Source of the DNA: a bacterium
GTDB lineage: Bacteria > Patescibacteriota > Andersenbacteria > UBA10190 > CAIZMI01
DNA: 64,000 nucleotides
NCBI GenBank assembly: GCA_030647555.1
Contig: JAUSJG010000008.1
Coordinates: forward strand, 65,467 to 129,466
Direction: 5' to 3'
The notes beneath the pieces are model-generated. The model worked only from the letters and a program-made list of their open reading frames with translations. It had not been told where the DNA came from and searched no databases. Both the position numbers and the translations under genes were made by a program. How positions within the stretch are numbered: the first letter of the stretch is position 1; every line of letters begins with the position of its first letter. This document shows, piece by piece, positions 41,936-51,286 of the stretch.

Positions 41936-42918
41936 GGTCGATGAATATATTCCAATGGTTGTTTTTGAATTTCTGCCCAATATTTTTCCACCCAGGTGAT
42001 CGTTTCTTCCAATCCTTCGCGTAACGGCACGGTGGGATACCAGCCAAATTCTGTGTGTGCTTTTTGTGAATCAATAACATAAGCTTTGTCTTGTCCAAGT
42101 CGTTCGGCAACCATTTCTGTCGATTCTTCAAAATTCTTTCCCATTATTTCGCAAATTGTGCGCACAACATCTTTGACTGCCGTACCGGCATCGGGAGACA
42201 GGTGGTAAATCTCTCCAGGTCGACCCTTGAACATGCCGTCAATATAACCTTGTGCCACGTCATGGATGTGAATATATGATTTAACGGCACTTCCACCGCC
42301 GTGAAGTTGTATTTTCTTGCCGGTTTTTAGATAAATTACGGAACGCGGGATGATTTTAAAAAGTTGTTGGTGAGCGCCATAAACATTGGTGGCGCGCATT
42401 AACACGGCTGGAAATTGAAAATTCTTATAAAAAGTCATGATGGAAAAATCCGCCGCGGCTTTGGAGGCGGCGTAGGGTGTGGTGGGATTCATACAGGCAT
42501 TTTCTTTTACCGATCCTTCGCATGTGCCGTAAACCTCGGGTGAAGAAATGTGGGCATATTTTTTGAGCGATTTTAGATCTTTCAGAAAATTTACTAATTT
42601 GGTGAGCGCAACGACATTGGTCTCAAACCATTGTTCCGGATGTTGCCAGCTGGGCGCGACCTCGCTAAGTGCCGCAAGATTTATAATATATTCAGGCTTC
42701 TCTGTTTGTAAAAGATCGCAAAGTATTTGCATATCTTTGTTAAGATCCATACTAAAAAAACGGAGTCTTGAAGTATCTTTTTGCAGATAAGGCAAGAAAA
42801 GTGGGCCTTTCATTTCACGGCTGATGCCGATAATTTCGTTTTCTGAATTCTCCAAAAGCTTGTCTACGACGAAACCGCCGGAAAATGAGTTACAACCAAT
42901 AATCGCAATTTTGCTCAT
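41932..42918 (-). CDS. NDP-glucose 4,6-dehydratase-like SDR
   Basis: IIGCNSFSG, INLAALSEV, ISSPEVYG, PYAASKAA and NVYG. Confidence 0.85.
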   Translation of the reverse strand: MSKIAIIGCNSFSGGFVVDKLLENSENEIIGISREMKGPLFLPYLQKDTSRLRFFSMDLNKDMQILCDLLQTEKPEYIINLAALSEVAPSWQHPEQWFETNVVALTKLVNFLKDLKSLKKYAHISSPEVYGTCEGSVKENACMNPTTPYAASKAAADFSIMTFYKNFQFPAVLMRATNVYGAHQQLFKIIPRSVIYLKTGKKIQLHGGGSAVKSYIHIHDVAQGYIDGMFKGRPGEIYHLSPDAGTAVKDVVRTICEIMGKNFEESTEMVAERLGQDKAYVIDSQKAHTEFGWYPTVPLREGLEETITWVEKYWAEIQKQPLEYIHRP

Positions 42919-42925
42919 GTATGGC

Positions 42926-42954
42926 AGTCTATTTTGCTTGCAGGATAGTGTCAA
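42926..42954 (-). promoter_or_regulatory. sigma70 promoter, leaderless
   Basis: TTGACA-17 bp-TAGACT, 7 nt before ATG 42918. Confidence 0.7.
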
Positions 42955-43043
42955 ATTGCGGGTGGTTGACGTAAACGGCGCTTTGTTTTTAACTTGGAGA
43001 GCGTTCGTGTTTTTTTTGATAACCTGAAAAAAGGATTTATACG

Positions 43044-43427
43044 ATGCAAAAAGGAACGTTGGTTGTCAACCAGTCGGAGTTGGACATGCTTGAGTGCTTA
43101 TTTTGCCGCCACGTTTTTGACCGGGCGCGGCAGGAATTGGGGATGGGAACGAACGATTGTTCGGATCTGCCCGACGATGAAATGTTGAATTTTGTCGGAG
43201 AAATGTCGCCATACATCGGATGTACGTTGCGACAAGGGTATAGGGATTTGATTGAATATCTTTTACAGCTTGAGGGAATGGATCCTTGTGAAGCCAGCCA
43301 GCAGGCGTACGGTTTATCGGACGTCGAAATTGCTCAAGGAATTAGAGATATTGCGAGCGAGTTTGATGATTTCTCAGATTGGGTGGCGCATTTGTCACCA
43401 AGAGCGCGCGCGGCACTTAGCGTTTGA
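43044..43427 (+). CDS. Hypothetical acidic protein (127 aa)
   Basis: The ORF fills the gap between minus-strand genes, has AAAGGA upstream and a hairpin plus T-run downstream. Confidence 0.6.
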   Translation: MQKGTLVVNQSELDMLECLFCRHVFDRARQELGMGTNDCSDLPDDEMLNFVGEMSPYIGCTLRQGYRDLIEYLLQLEGMDPCEASQQAYGLSDVEIAQGIRDIASEFDDFSDWVAHLSPRARAALSV

Positions 43428-43438
43428 AGGGCTGTGGT

Positions 43439-43467
43439 CCGGGGTGAAACAACCCCGGCATTTTTTT
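43439..43467 (+). terminator. Rho-independent terminator
   Basis: CCGGGGT-gaaaca-ACCCCGG followed by T7, between convergent genes. Confidence 0.75.
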
Positions 43468-43469
43468 GT

Positions 43470-44564
43470 TTAAAACGGGCCGGAAAAAGTCGGATCGGGG
43501 ATGTCGTGGGGAAGAGGGGATTCTGTTGTTTCTTCATGAAATTCTTTTGTCAGCGGTGTGGGATCTTTTTTGAGTAATCGAAAAACACTCTCTGATATTT
43601 CCTTGTATGTCGGGTAATAATTTTTACTTAATGCAAAACTGGTGGGTGCCGGATAGTTGGGACAGGCGACAATTACCGGTGCCGCAAGAAGTTGCCCGAA
43701 AATGTTTGTGGTAATTTCCGCGACAATATTTTCGGCGATGCTTCCCGTTTGGGGGGCGTTATCAATGACAACGACACGGCCGGTTTTCTTGATCGAAGAA
43801 AAGATTGTTTCTTTGTCTAGTGGTCGAATTGTTCGCAAGTCAACAACTTCAGCACTAATGCCGTGTTTGGCCAGAACATCCGCTGCGCGCAATGTTTCAA
43901 TTGTCGGATAAGAATGAGCGACCAGTGTAACATCGGTGCCTTCTCGTGCGATTTTTGCCTTTCCGAGTGGTACTTGATACATCTCTTCCGGCACAAAACC
44001 TGTGATATTGTGAATCCAGCGGTGTTCTAGAAAAATGACCGGATTGTTGTCTTGGATGCTGGCCAAGAGGAGTCCTTTTGCGTCATATGGGGTAGTCGGC
44101 ATAACAACTTTTAATCCCGGCACTTGGGCAAAAAGTGCTTGTAGGCTTTGGGAGTGTTGCGGGCCTTGTCCCCAACCCATTCCGATCATCATTCGGATAA
44201 CAATCGGAACGGTTTTTTTGCCGCCGAACATAAAATGCCATTTGGCGGCATTGTTGATAATCTGATCAAGAGAAAGCAGGGAAAAATCGGCGCGTTGGTG
44301 CGTTAAAATGGGGCGTAGTCCATTCAATGCCGCACCAATACAAATACCGGTAAGAGCGTTTTCGGAAACAGGCATATCGAATACACGGTCTTTGCCGAAT
44401 TTTTCGCGCAAACCAAGTGTCGTTCCAAAAATACCTTTTGGATCGGGTACGCCTTCCCCGATAATAATCACACGACGATCAGTGGCCATTGTTTGGAGGG
44501 TGGCCTCGCGGATGGCCTCACTGACTTTAATAGTGGCGCGCGGGTTGGTTGTTTGTTCAGCCAT
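43470..44564 (-). CDS. TPP-dependent dehydrogenase E1 beta-like subunit
   Basis: FGKDRVFDMPVSEN, QGPQHSQ, PYDAKGLL, PVIFLEHR and VVDLRTIRPLD. Confidence 0.9.
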   Translation of the reverse strand: MAEQTTNPRATIKVSEAIREATLQTMATDRRVIIIGEGVPDPKGIFGTTLGLREKFGKDRVFDMPVSENALTGICIGAALNGLRPILTHQRADFSLLSLDQIINNAAKWHFMFGGKKTVPIVIRMMIGMGWGQGPQHSQSLQALFAQVPGLKVVMPTTPYDAKGLLLASIQDNNPVIFLEHRWIHNITGFVPEEMYQVPLGKAKIAREGTDVTLVAHSYPTIETLRAADVLAKHGISAEVVDLRTIRPLDKETIFSSIKKTGRVVVIDNAPQTGSIAENIVAEITTNIFGQLLAAPVIVACPNYPAPTSFALSKNYYPTYKEISESVFRLLKKDPTPLTKEFHEETTESPLPHDIPDPTFSGPF

Positions 44565-45543
44565 AACAATTTTCAGGGGTTAAGGGTTTGTTTGGGAAGG
44601 CGCTTTGTTTTGCATAAATTAGCGCCGCCTCAATTTCCTGCGCGATAGCGGTTTTTGTGTTTTTTAGTTCGCTGTCATTAATAAAACAGTTATTAAGGGC
44701 ATATTGTTCGATTTTTTCTAACGGATCATTTTTCTTCCAATTTTTAAATTCCTCTTCCGAACGGTAGCCGATATTATTGTCAAAATTGGGTCCACAATGT
44801 TCGCGCCAGCGGTATGTTGAAAATTCCAAAAAATGGGGACCTTTTCCGGATCTAATTTGTGTTACGGCGGTTGTTGTTTTTGAATAGACCTCGTAAGCGT
44901 CGTTGCCATTTCCCTCAAGTGTTTGTAGGCCATGGGCACTGGCAATATCGACGATTTTTCTTTTTGATTGTCTCTCGTTGAGAGGAGTGTAAACCGAGTA
45001 CAAATTATTTTCACAAATATAGATAATTGGTAATTGATGCAGGACGGCGAAATTCATACTCTCGTGTAGCACTCCTTCCTCTGTTGCGCCATCGCCAAAA
45101 AAAACCGCCGTTACGCTTGGTTCGCCGCGTAATTTTGCCGCCCAAGCAAGCCCTGTGGCAATCGGAATAGTACCGCCAACGATCGGTGTAGAGCCGATAA
45201 AATTGATTGATAAATCGATGAGGTGTTGTGACCCGCCGATCCCCGCACAGCAACCGGTTTCTTTTCCATATATTTCGGCAAACATTTTTTTCAGATCTCC
45301 GCCTTTGGCCAAATAATGACCGTGGGCGCGGTGGGTGCCCATGACGTTGTCGAATGTGTTTAACGCCATGCAGGCTCCTGCCGGCACCGCTTCTTGACCG
45401 GTGCAGAGATGCATGGGGCAGCGAATTTCTTTTTCAGAGTAAATCGCAGCCATTTTTTCCTCTGCCATTCTAATTCGTGCCGTATGATAAAAAAGTCGAC
45501 GAATAATCTCAATGTCTTTTATTGTCGGTACAAACGAAGACAT
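44557..45543 (-). CDS. TPP-dependent dehydrogenase E1 alpha-like subunit
   Basis: HLCTGQEA, THRAHGH, GDGATEEG..HESMN..CENN (TPP motif) and TYRWREH. Confidence 0.9.
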   Translation of the reverse strand: MSSFVPTIKDIEIIRRLFYHTARIRMAEEKMAAIYSEKEIRCPMHLCTGQEAVPAGACMALNTFDNVMGTHRAHGHYLAKGGDLKKMFAEIYGKETGCCAGIGGSQHLIDLSINFIGSTPIVGGTIPIATGLAWAAKLRGEPSVTAVFFGDGATEEGVLHESMNFAVLHQLPIIYICENNLYSVYTPLNERQSKRKIVDIASAHGLQTLEGNGNDAYEVYSKTTTAVTQIRSGKGPHFLEFSTYRWREHCGPNFDNNIGYRSEEEFKNWKKNDPLEKIEQYALNNCFINDSELKNTKTAIAQEIEAALIYAKQSAFPNKPLTPENCYG

Positions 45544-45545
45544 TT

Positions 45546-46550
45546 TTATCGATTCTCGTTTTTTAATATATACTTTTGCATTGTTTTTATGTTGTAATAA
45601 CGAGGATTGGAAAGTGCTTCAGGAATCAAATTGCCTTTAAAAGCGTTAACTAAATCTTCAATTGCGTCTTCCACTGTCCTTTTTGCGGAAAAATTCAGTT
45701 CCTGTTTGATTTTTGAGGAATCGACGCGATAAGATCGTTTATCGGCAGTATCTTGTTTTGTTATCGTAACGTGTTCGCCAACAATTTTCTTGGTCATAGC
45801 GGCAATTTCATTAAGCGGGTAATTTTCGTAACCGGCATTATAAACTTTTCCCGCAATTTGTTCTTTCGGGAATGATAGTGTTTGCACATATAGGTCAGTC
45901 ATGTCTTCGATGTGGATATTGGGGCGCGCTTGCTCTCCGCCAAAAACAGTGATCACACCTTTTTCTATTGCGTGGCACGTTAAAATATTTACAGTAAGAT
46001 CAAGACGTAATCGCGGTGAATAACCACAAACTGTGGCGGGGCGTAAAACGAGCACCGTAAAATCATCGCTATTTAAGGGCAAGAGATAACGCTCGCAAAG
46101 TGCTTTGTAGCGCGAATAATCGGTAAGTGGTTCTAGTGAAAGATTTTCGGTGACTTTTTCTTCCTCTTTTACGCCATATACGCTGGAACTACTTGCATAG
46201 ATAAAACGCTTGACGCCTATTTGCTTAGCTAAATCAAAAAGCTGGATACTGGCGTCGTAGTTGATAGATTTTCCCAAATTAGGATTCAGTTCGAAACTGG
46301 GATCATTGCTAATACATGCGAGGTGAATAACGGCGTCAATGTTTTGAAGCGCGTCGTGAACAACTTTTTTGTCGCGCAAATCGCCTTTAATTTCGTGCAG
46401 TTTAGGATCATTTTTTACTGCGGCAAGCGTGTCGCCATAAAGGTATAAATCTAGAACTGTAACCTCAAAATCCGCCTTTAGTAGTTTGGGGACTAAAACC
46501 GATCCGACGTATCCGGCACCACCAGTAACGAGCACCTTCTTTATTTGCAT
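45546..46550 (-). CDS. NAD-dependent nucleotide-sugar epimerase/dehydratase (SDR)
   Basis: VLVTGGAGYVGS, HLACISND, YSRYK and RPATVCGYSPRLRLDL. Start 46550 is preferred, although the frame is open to 46793. Confidence 0.88.
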   Translation of the reverse strand: MQIKKVLVTGGAGYVGSVLVPKLLKADFEVTVLDLYLYGDTLAAVKNDPKLHEIKGDLRDKKVVHDALQNIDAVIHLACISNDPSFELNPNLGKSINYDASIQLFDLAKQIGVKRFIYASSSSVYGVKEEEKVTENLSLEPLTDYSRYKALCERYLLPLNSDDFTVLVLRPATVCGYSPRLRLDLTVNILTCHAIEKGVITVFGGEQARPNIHIEDMTDLYVQTLSFPKEQIAGKVYNAGYENYPLNEIAAMTKKIVGEHVTITKQDTADKRSYRVDSSKIKQELNFSAKRTVEDAIEDLVNAFKGNLIPEALSNPRYYNIKTMQKYILKNENR

Positions 46551-46816
46551 GTCATTTCTTATCATATTTTGCGGCAAATATTCATTAGTTTTTTGGGTGT
46601 TTTGTTGTAGGTTTTCGAATGCGTCAAGGTGCACTGCAATTTTTTCCGCCAATATGCAAAAATCGATTGTTTTCGCGTTATCGTTTTGAGAAGCAGTGGA
46701 ATCGAAAAGTTGCTGTATTTGGGCGCGGTATTTGGCTATTAGGCTTTCTTGCATAGCAATAAAAATTATGAGTCGTTCCTCCAGACTAAGCAATTTCTAC
46801 CCTAGTTGTAGTTAAT

Positions 46817-48106
46817 TTACAAGTTTTTGTAAATCAATTGTTTGTTGGATAATAATTTCGGGTAAAGAGATTTAATATCGATAATAACACCTTGTTTTCC
46901 GGAGCAATTTTTGATTTGTTTTTCCATCTCTGAAAATTTCTTGTGCGGTGTTGCGACGATGATTGCGTCGAAGTGATTTGAAAGTTTATCGATAGAGGGG
47001 ATTTCAAAATTGCGTTTGATTGTTTCTGAATCCAAAAGTGGCTCAAATCCAATTACTTCTGCTCCTAATTTCTTTAAAACTTTTATTGTGACTCCGATTT
47101 TTGAATTTCGATAATCTTTTACGTTTTCTTTGAAGGTTAGGCCCATCACTAAAATTTTGGCGCCTTTGATTTCTTTTCCAGCTTTTTTGAGGCCATCTAC
47201 TGTTAATTGGGCGACATATTCGGGCATATAATCATTTATTTTACGCCCCGCGGTGATTATTTGGGGCTGATGGCCAAGTTGTTTTGCTTTGAAAACTAAA
47301 TAGTAAGGATCAATGGAAATACAATGTCCGCCAACCAGACCCGGGGTGAATTTTAGAAAATTCCACTTGGTTCCTGCTGCTTCTAGTACGTCGCTGGTGT
47401 TGATATCCATCTTATGAAAAATCAATGACAGTTCGTTCATTAAGGCGATATTGATGTCGCGTTGAGTGTTCTCGATAACTTTTGCGGCTTCGGCGGTTTT
47501 AATGTTGGGGGCAATATGTACGCCGGCCTTGCAAACTTTTTTATATGTAGTAGCAATAATTTTTGTCGATTCCGGTGTATCACCCGAAACGATTTTGACT
47601 ACCTTTTCCAGCGTATGTTCTTTGTCTCCCGGGTTAATTCTTTCCGGTGAGTAGCCGACATTGAAATCCTTTTTCCACTTCAGCCCGGATATTCTTTCCA
47701 GAACCGGGACGCAGTCTTCTTCTGTCGCACCCGGATAAACTGTTGATTCATAAACGACAATGTCGCCTTTTTTCAGGTTTTTTGCCACTGTCTCGCTGGC
47801 TTTGATCACTAATGACATATCCGGATTATTTTTGTCGTCTACTGGAGTTGGTACGGCAACAATGAAAAAGTTTGCTTCTTTTAAGGTGTTGTTGTCGGAA
47901 GAATAGACGAGCTTGCTATTTTTAACTTCCTTGCGTGTTAGTTCGTCCGTTGAGTCGATCCCTTTCTTGAGTTCGTCGATTCTTTGTTGTTTTACGTCAA
48001 AACCGATGGTTTTAATGTTTGTTCTGCCGAAAGCCAAGGCGAGCGGAAGACCGACATAACCTAAACCGACGACGGCGACTGTTGTCTTTGGGGAGGGTGT
48101 TTTCAT
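46817..48106 (-). CDS. UDP-N-acetylhexosamine 6-dehydrogenase (WbpO/TviB family)
   Basis: VGLGYVGLPLA, ESTVYPG, YSPERINPGD, AEAAKVIENTQRD, GLVGGHCI and GLTFKEN. Confidence 0.92.
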   Translation of the reverse strand: MKTPSPKTTVAVVGLGYVGLPLALAFGRTNIKTIGFDVKQQRIDELKKGIDSTDELTRKEVKNSKLVYSSDNNTLKEANFFIVAVPTPVDDKNNPDMSLVIKASETVAKNLKKGDIVVYESTVYPGATEEDCVPVLERISGLKWKKDFNVGYSPERINPGDKEHTLEKVVKIVSGDTPESTKIIATTYKKVCKAGVHIAPNIKTAEAAKVIENTQRDINIALMNELSLIFHKMDINTSDVLEAAGTKWNFLKFTPGLVGGHCISIDPYYLVFKAKQLGHQPQIITAGRKINDYMPEYVAQLTVDGLKKAGKEIKGAKILVMGLTFKENVKDYRNSKIGVTIKVLKKLGAEVIGFEPLLDSETIKRNFEIPSIDKLSNHFDAIIVATPHKKFSEMEKQIKNCSGKQGVIIDIKSLYPKLLSNKQLIYKNL

Positions 48107-49041
48107 ATGTTGTTTTTATACCATAATAATGTTTTCTTGAGACCACTCTCAAAATTTATCTTTGGCGCATAGTTTAAGTATTTATTTGCTTTGGAGATGT
48201 CGGCAAATGAGCGGGGGGTGTCTCCTTGTCGTTGGGGTTTTTGGGTTGGCTTAATATTCTTTTTCAAATCTTTCTGAATCTGGTTGTGAAGTTGTTGGAT
48301 GGATGTATTTTGTCCCGCGGCGATGTTATACACTTCGCCGAAGATTGCTTTGGGTGATGTGGAGGCTTTGATATTGGCTTGAACGACGTTTGCAATATAC
48401 GTGAAGTCGCGGCTTTGTTTGCCGGTGCCATGGATTTCGGATGGACGGTCGTTCAATGCGTTTTTCACAAAAATTGGAATCACGGCCGCGTAACTGTCGT
48501 CTGGGTTTTGATACGGGCCAAAGACATTGAAATAGCGGAGTGAAATTGTTTTGAGACCGAAGATCTTGTAGAACAAACGGCAGTATTCCTCGCCGGTTAA
48601 TTTTGTTAGGGCGTATGGTGATTCCGGTTTTGGCGGGAGGGTTTCAATATTTTTTTTGTTGCCAATTAAGCCGTAGACCGAAGAAGACGATGCAAATACA
48701 AAACGTTTTACTTTTGCGTCACGGGAGGCAACCAAAAGATTAAGTGTACCAGTGATGTTGGTTTCGTTAACGGCTTGTGGATCTTTGACTGATTGGTAAA
48801 CACCGCGGAGTGCCGCTTGGTGCAATACGTAATCAACACCGGTTACCGCTTTTTTAACCGTCTCAAAATTTCGGATATCACCATTAATAAATTCGACCTT
48901 ATCCTTAATATCCTCGAGGTTGGAAAGACGGCCGGAAAATAGATTATCCAGGATAATTACTTTGTGTTTCTTTTTTACGAGTTCGCGAGCGATATTACTG
49001 CCGATAAAGCCGGCACCACCGGTGATTAGGTATTTGGCCAT
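48103..49041 (-). CDS. UDP-GlcNAc(A) 4-epimerase (WbpP/TviC family SDR)
   Basis: ITGGAGFIGSNI, LHQAA, ASSSSVYG, SPYALTK, RYFNVFGP.Q and YAAVIP. Confidence 0.9.
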   Translation of the reverse strand: MAKYLITGGAGFIGSNIARELVKKKHKVIILDNLFSGRLSNLEDIKDKVEFINGDIRNFETVKKAVTGVDYVLHQAALRGVYQSVKDPQAVNETNITGTLNLLVASRDAKVKRFVFASSSSVYGLIGNKKNIETLPPKPESPYALTKLTGEEYCRLFYKIFGLKTISLRYFNVFGPYQNPDDSYAAVIPIFVKNALNDRPSEIHGTGKQSRDFTYIANVVQANIKASTSPKAIFGEVYNIAAGQNTSIQQLHNQIQKDLKKNIKPTQKPQRQGDTPRSFADISKANKYLNYAPKINFESGLKKTLLWYKNNI

Positions 49042-49181
49042 CCCAGTATATCAACTGCCAATACAAGCGATTTCGAATCGCTTGTAAATGACGTTGATTA
49101 GGTTTGGTGAATTATTGGGCATGGGTGTCGTATAAGGAAATAGTTTAGTTATCGAAACTAATTGGCAGTTGTATTACTGGG
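49042..49181. promoter_or_regulatory. Structured upstream element: 21-bp imperfect inverted repeat enclosing an 11-bp hairpin
   Basis: CCCAGTA-tat-CAACTGCCAAT (49042-49062) against ATTGGCAGTTG-tat-TACTGGG (49161-49181). Hairpin TACAAGCGATT-tcg-AATCGCTTGTA (49062-49086). Confidence 0.55.
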
Positions 49182-49352
49182 CATAACGTCAATAATATGG
49201 GGAGGCGCGTAAGTTGTCCATTGTCAGTTTCATGCGCTTGTGCAATGAATAAAAAGTGGATTAGATTTGATCTCTGTTGCTTGGTGGACGAAAATAATGG
49301 TGTGAAAATTTTTTGACTTATTCTGTAAATTGCAATCAAATAGTCGAATACA

Positions 49353-50519
49353 ATGGGAAATAAATTATTCATTCTAATGCAAAAACACAAAGTAGTTCTT
49401 GTTATTTGTATTGTTTGGCTAATGATTCAGTTCACACTTTTTCATTTTTTGGGCGTAGCTTACGGGAGTGATTCTACTAGATATATTGATGCGGCTAATC
49501 ATCTTGTTCATGAACGAGTTATTCCACAAGGAATGGCTTCCGCATATATGGGATATAATTTGTTTGTTGCAATAATATATTCATTTGATTTGGGGGACAG
49601 TGAAGTGGTGTTTGTTCAGGTGGTATTAGTTTTAATTTCTGCTCTTTGTTTGTATCACATTACTTTTTCTTTATGTAAAAATAGATTAGCTGCTTTTTGT
49701 TCCGCTATTCTATATCTTTGTCTTCTGGATATTCATACTTGGGATTTCTATATTTTGACCGATTCATTTTTTTCAAGTATGACCATTATTTCTCTTTACT
49801 TAATTTTGCGTTTTAAAAACTTTTATCAATTATTCTATGTAATTCCGATTGTACTTTGGACTGCTTTTATTAGGCCAACAGGTTTTGTTTTGTTGATTTC
49901 ATTGATAATTTATGGGGCGCTATATTTATGGAACAATAAAAGATATGGAATTCTTTTGTTGTTGATTGGATTATCTGTATTGAGTGCACCAATTTCGTTT
50001 CATGTGGTTGATAGTATGGCTAATAAAATGGGGGTTGTGGACACTTTTTTAAAGGGTGAGATCATTTGGGGATACAGTGAAAAAAGTGTTTCTGTGCCAC
50101 AAAATATCCAAATTAATAATTATTTCGAACGGAACTCATTGTTTGAAATACTGCTTTTTGTTAAGAATAATTTCATTTTTGTAATCAAATTGGCAGGAAT
50201 GAAGTTATTTTATTTTTTATTGCATGTAAAACCGTTTTATTCAAACGCTCACAACTTATTGATAGTAATTTCATATTTTCCTATTTATGTTTTTGCCGGA
50301 ATAGGTTTTTTAAGTAAAATTGATTTTTCCAAAAAAGTCTTAATTATGTCATATTTATTAGGGCAAACAATAATAGTTATGTTAACATTCGAAGATTGGG
50401 ATGGTAGGTTTCTAAGTGCAATAATGCCACTAGTAATTATTTTTGCGGCAATTGGATTGAGAGAATACTTGTATCATTTTGATAAAATCAAATTGGTTCA
50501 AAAAAGTGTCCTTAGTTGA
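49353..50519 (+). CDS. GT-C-like multi-pass membrane protein
   Basis: GSDSTRY after TM1, YILTDS, IRPTG and DWDGRF. The gene is AT-rich. Confidence 0.7.
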   Translation: MGNKLFILMQKHKVVLVICIVWLMIQFTLFHFLGVAYGSDSTRYIDAANHLVHERVIPQGMASAYMGYNLFVAIIYSFDLGDSEVVFVQVVLVLISALCLYHITFSLCKNRLAAFCSAILYLCLLDIHTWDFYILTDSFFSSMTIISLYLILRFKNFYQLFYVIPIVLWTAFIRPTGFVLLISLIIYGALYLWNNKRYGILLLLIGLSVLSAPISFHVVDSMANKMGVVDTFLKGEIIWGYSEKSVSVPQNIQINNYFERNSLFEILLFVKNNFIFVIKLAGMKLFYFLLHVKPFYSNAHNLLIVISYFPIYVFAGIGFLSKIDFSKKVLIMSYLLGQTIIVMLTFEDWDGRFLSAIMPLVIIFAAIGLREYLYHFDKIKLVQKSVLS

Positions 50520-50551
50520 TCGGTGGTTTAATGTTTTAAGTGGGAATAATT

Positions 50552-51286
50552 ATGAATGAAAATTTGTGCAATAAATTCAAAAAGATCAGTATTGTGGTGC
50601 CAATATTCAATGAAGAAAAAACAATTTCCGAAATTATTAGAAAAATCGAGACAGCGGATGCTTGTGGATTAGAGAAAGAAATTATTCTAGTCGATGATGC
50701 TAGCACCGACAAAACTGTGGGAATATTGAATAATTATGTAGGCAAACACAAGGTCATACTTAATAAAATTAATCAAGGCAAAGGTGCCACACTGAAAAAC
50801 GGTTTTAGGAATGTCACTGGTGACGTGATAATCATTCAAGACGCCGATTTAGAATATTCACCCAGCGAATATCCCATTTTACTTTCGCCGATACTTGCTG
50901 GGGACGCTGATGTTGTGTACGGTTCCAGGCTTATGTCCGGGCGTCCCCATCGGGTTTTGTATTATTGGCATTATGTACTCAATAAAATATTAACGAGATT
51001 TTCAAATATTTTAACAAATATTAATTTAACGGATATGGAAACGGGTTATAAGGTCTTTTCGAGAGAGATTTTAAATGAAATATTACCGGGACTAGAGTCA
51101 AAGCGATTTGGTTTTGAGCCGGAATTTACCGCCAAAGTTGCTAAAATTGCCAAAAAAAGAAAATGTAGAATATATGAGGTTGGTATTTCATATAATGGGC
51201 GAACATATGAGGAAGGAAAAAAAATCAATTGGGTGGACGGAGTGGAGACAATTTATTGTATAATCAAATATACATTATTCAAATGA
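50552..51286 (+). CDS. GT2 polyprenol-phosphate glycosyltransferase (DPM1-like)
   Basis: SIVVPIFNEE, VDDASTD, NQGKGA, QDADLEYSP, TDMETGYK and GRTYEEGKKINW. Confidence 0.92.
   Translation: MNENLCNKFKKISIVVPIFNEEKTISEIIRKIETADACGLEKEIILVDDASTDKTVGILNNYVGKHKVILNKINQGKGATLKNGFRNVTGDVIIIQDADLEYSPSEYPILLSPILAGDADVVYGSRLMSGRPHRVLYYWHYVLNKILTRFSNILTNINLTDMETGYKVFSREILNEILPGLESKRFGFEPEFTAKVAKIAKKRKCRIYEVGISYNGRTYEEGKKINWVDGVETIYCIIKYTLFK

Noticed and set aside
43470-45543. Housekeeping pyruvate dehydrogenase pdhAB
   Set aside because: No E2/E3 genes are adjacent and the pair is embedded among nucleotide-sugar genes, so I withheld the gene symbols.
46551-46793. 81-aa N-terminal extension on the SDR
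   Set aside because: The Rossmann motif starts right after ATG 46550 and the extension shows no recognisable motif. It is probably an open upstream frame, though not excluded.
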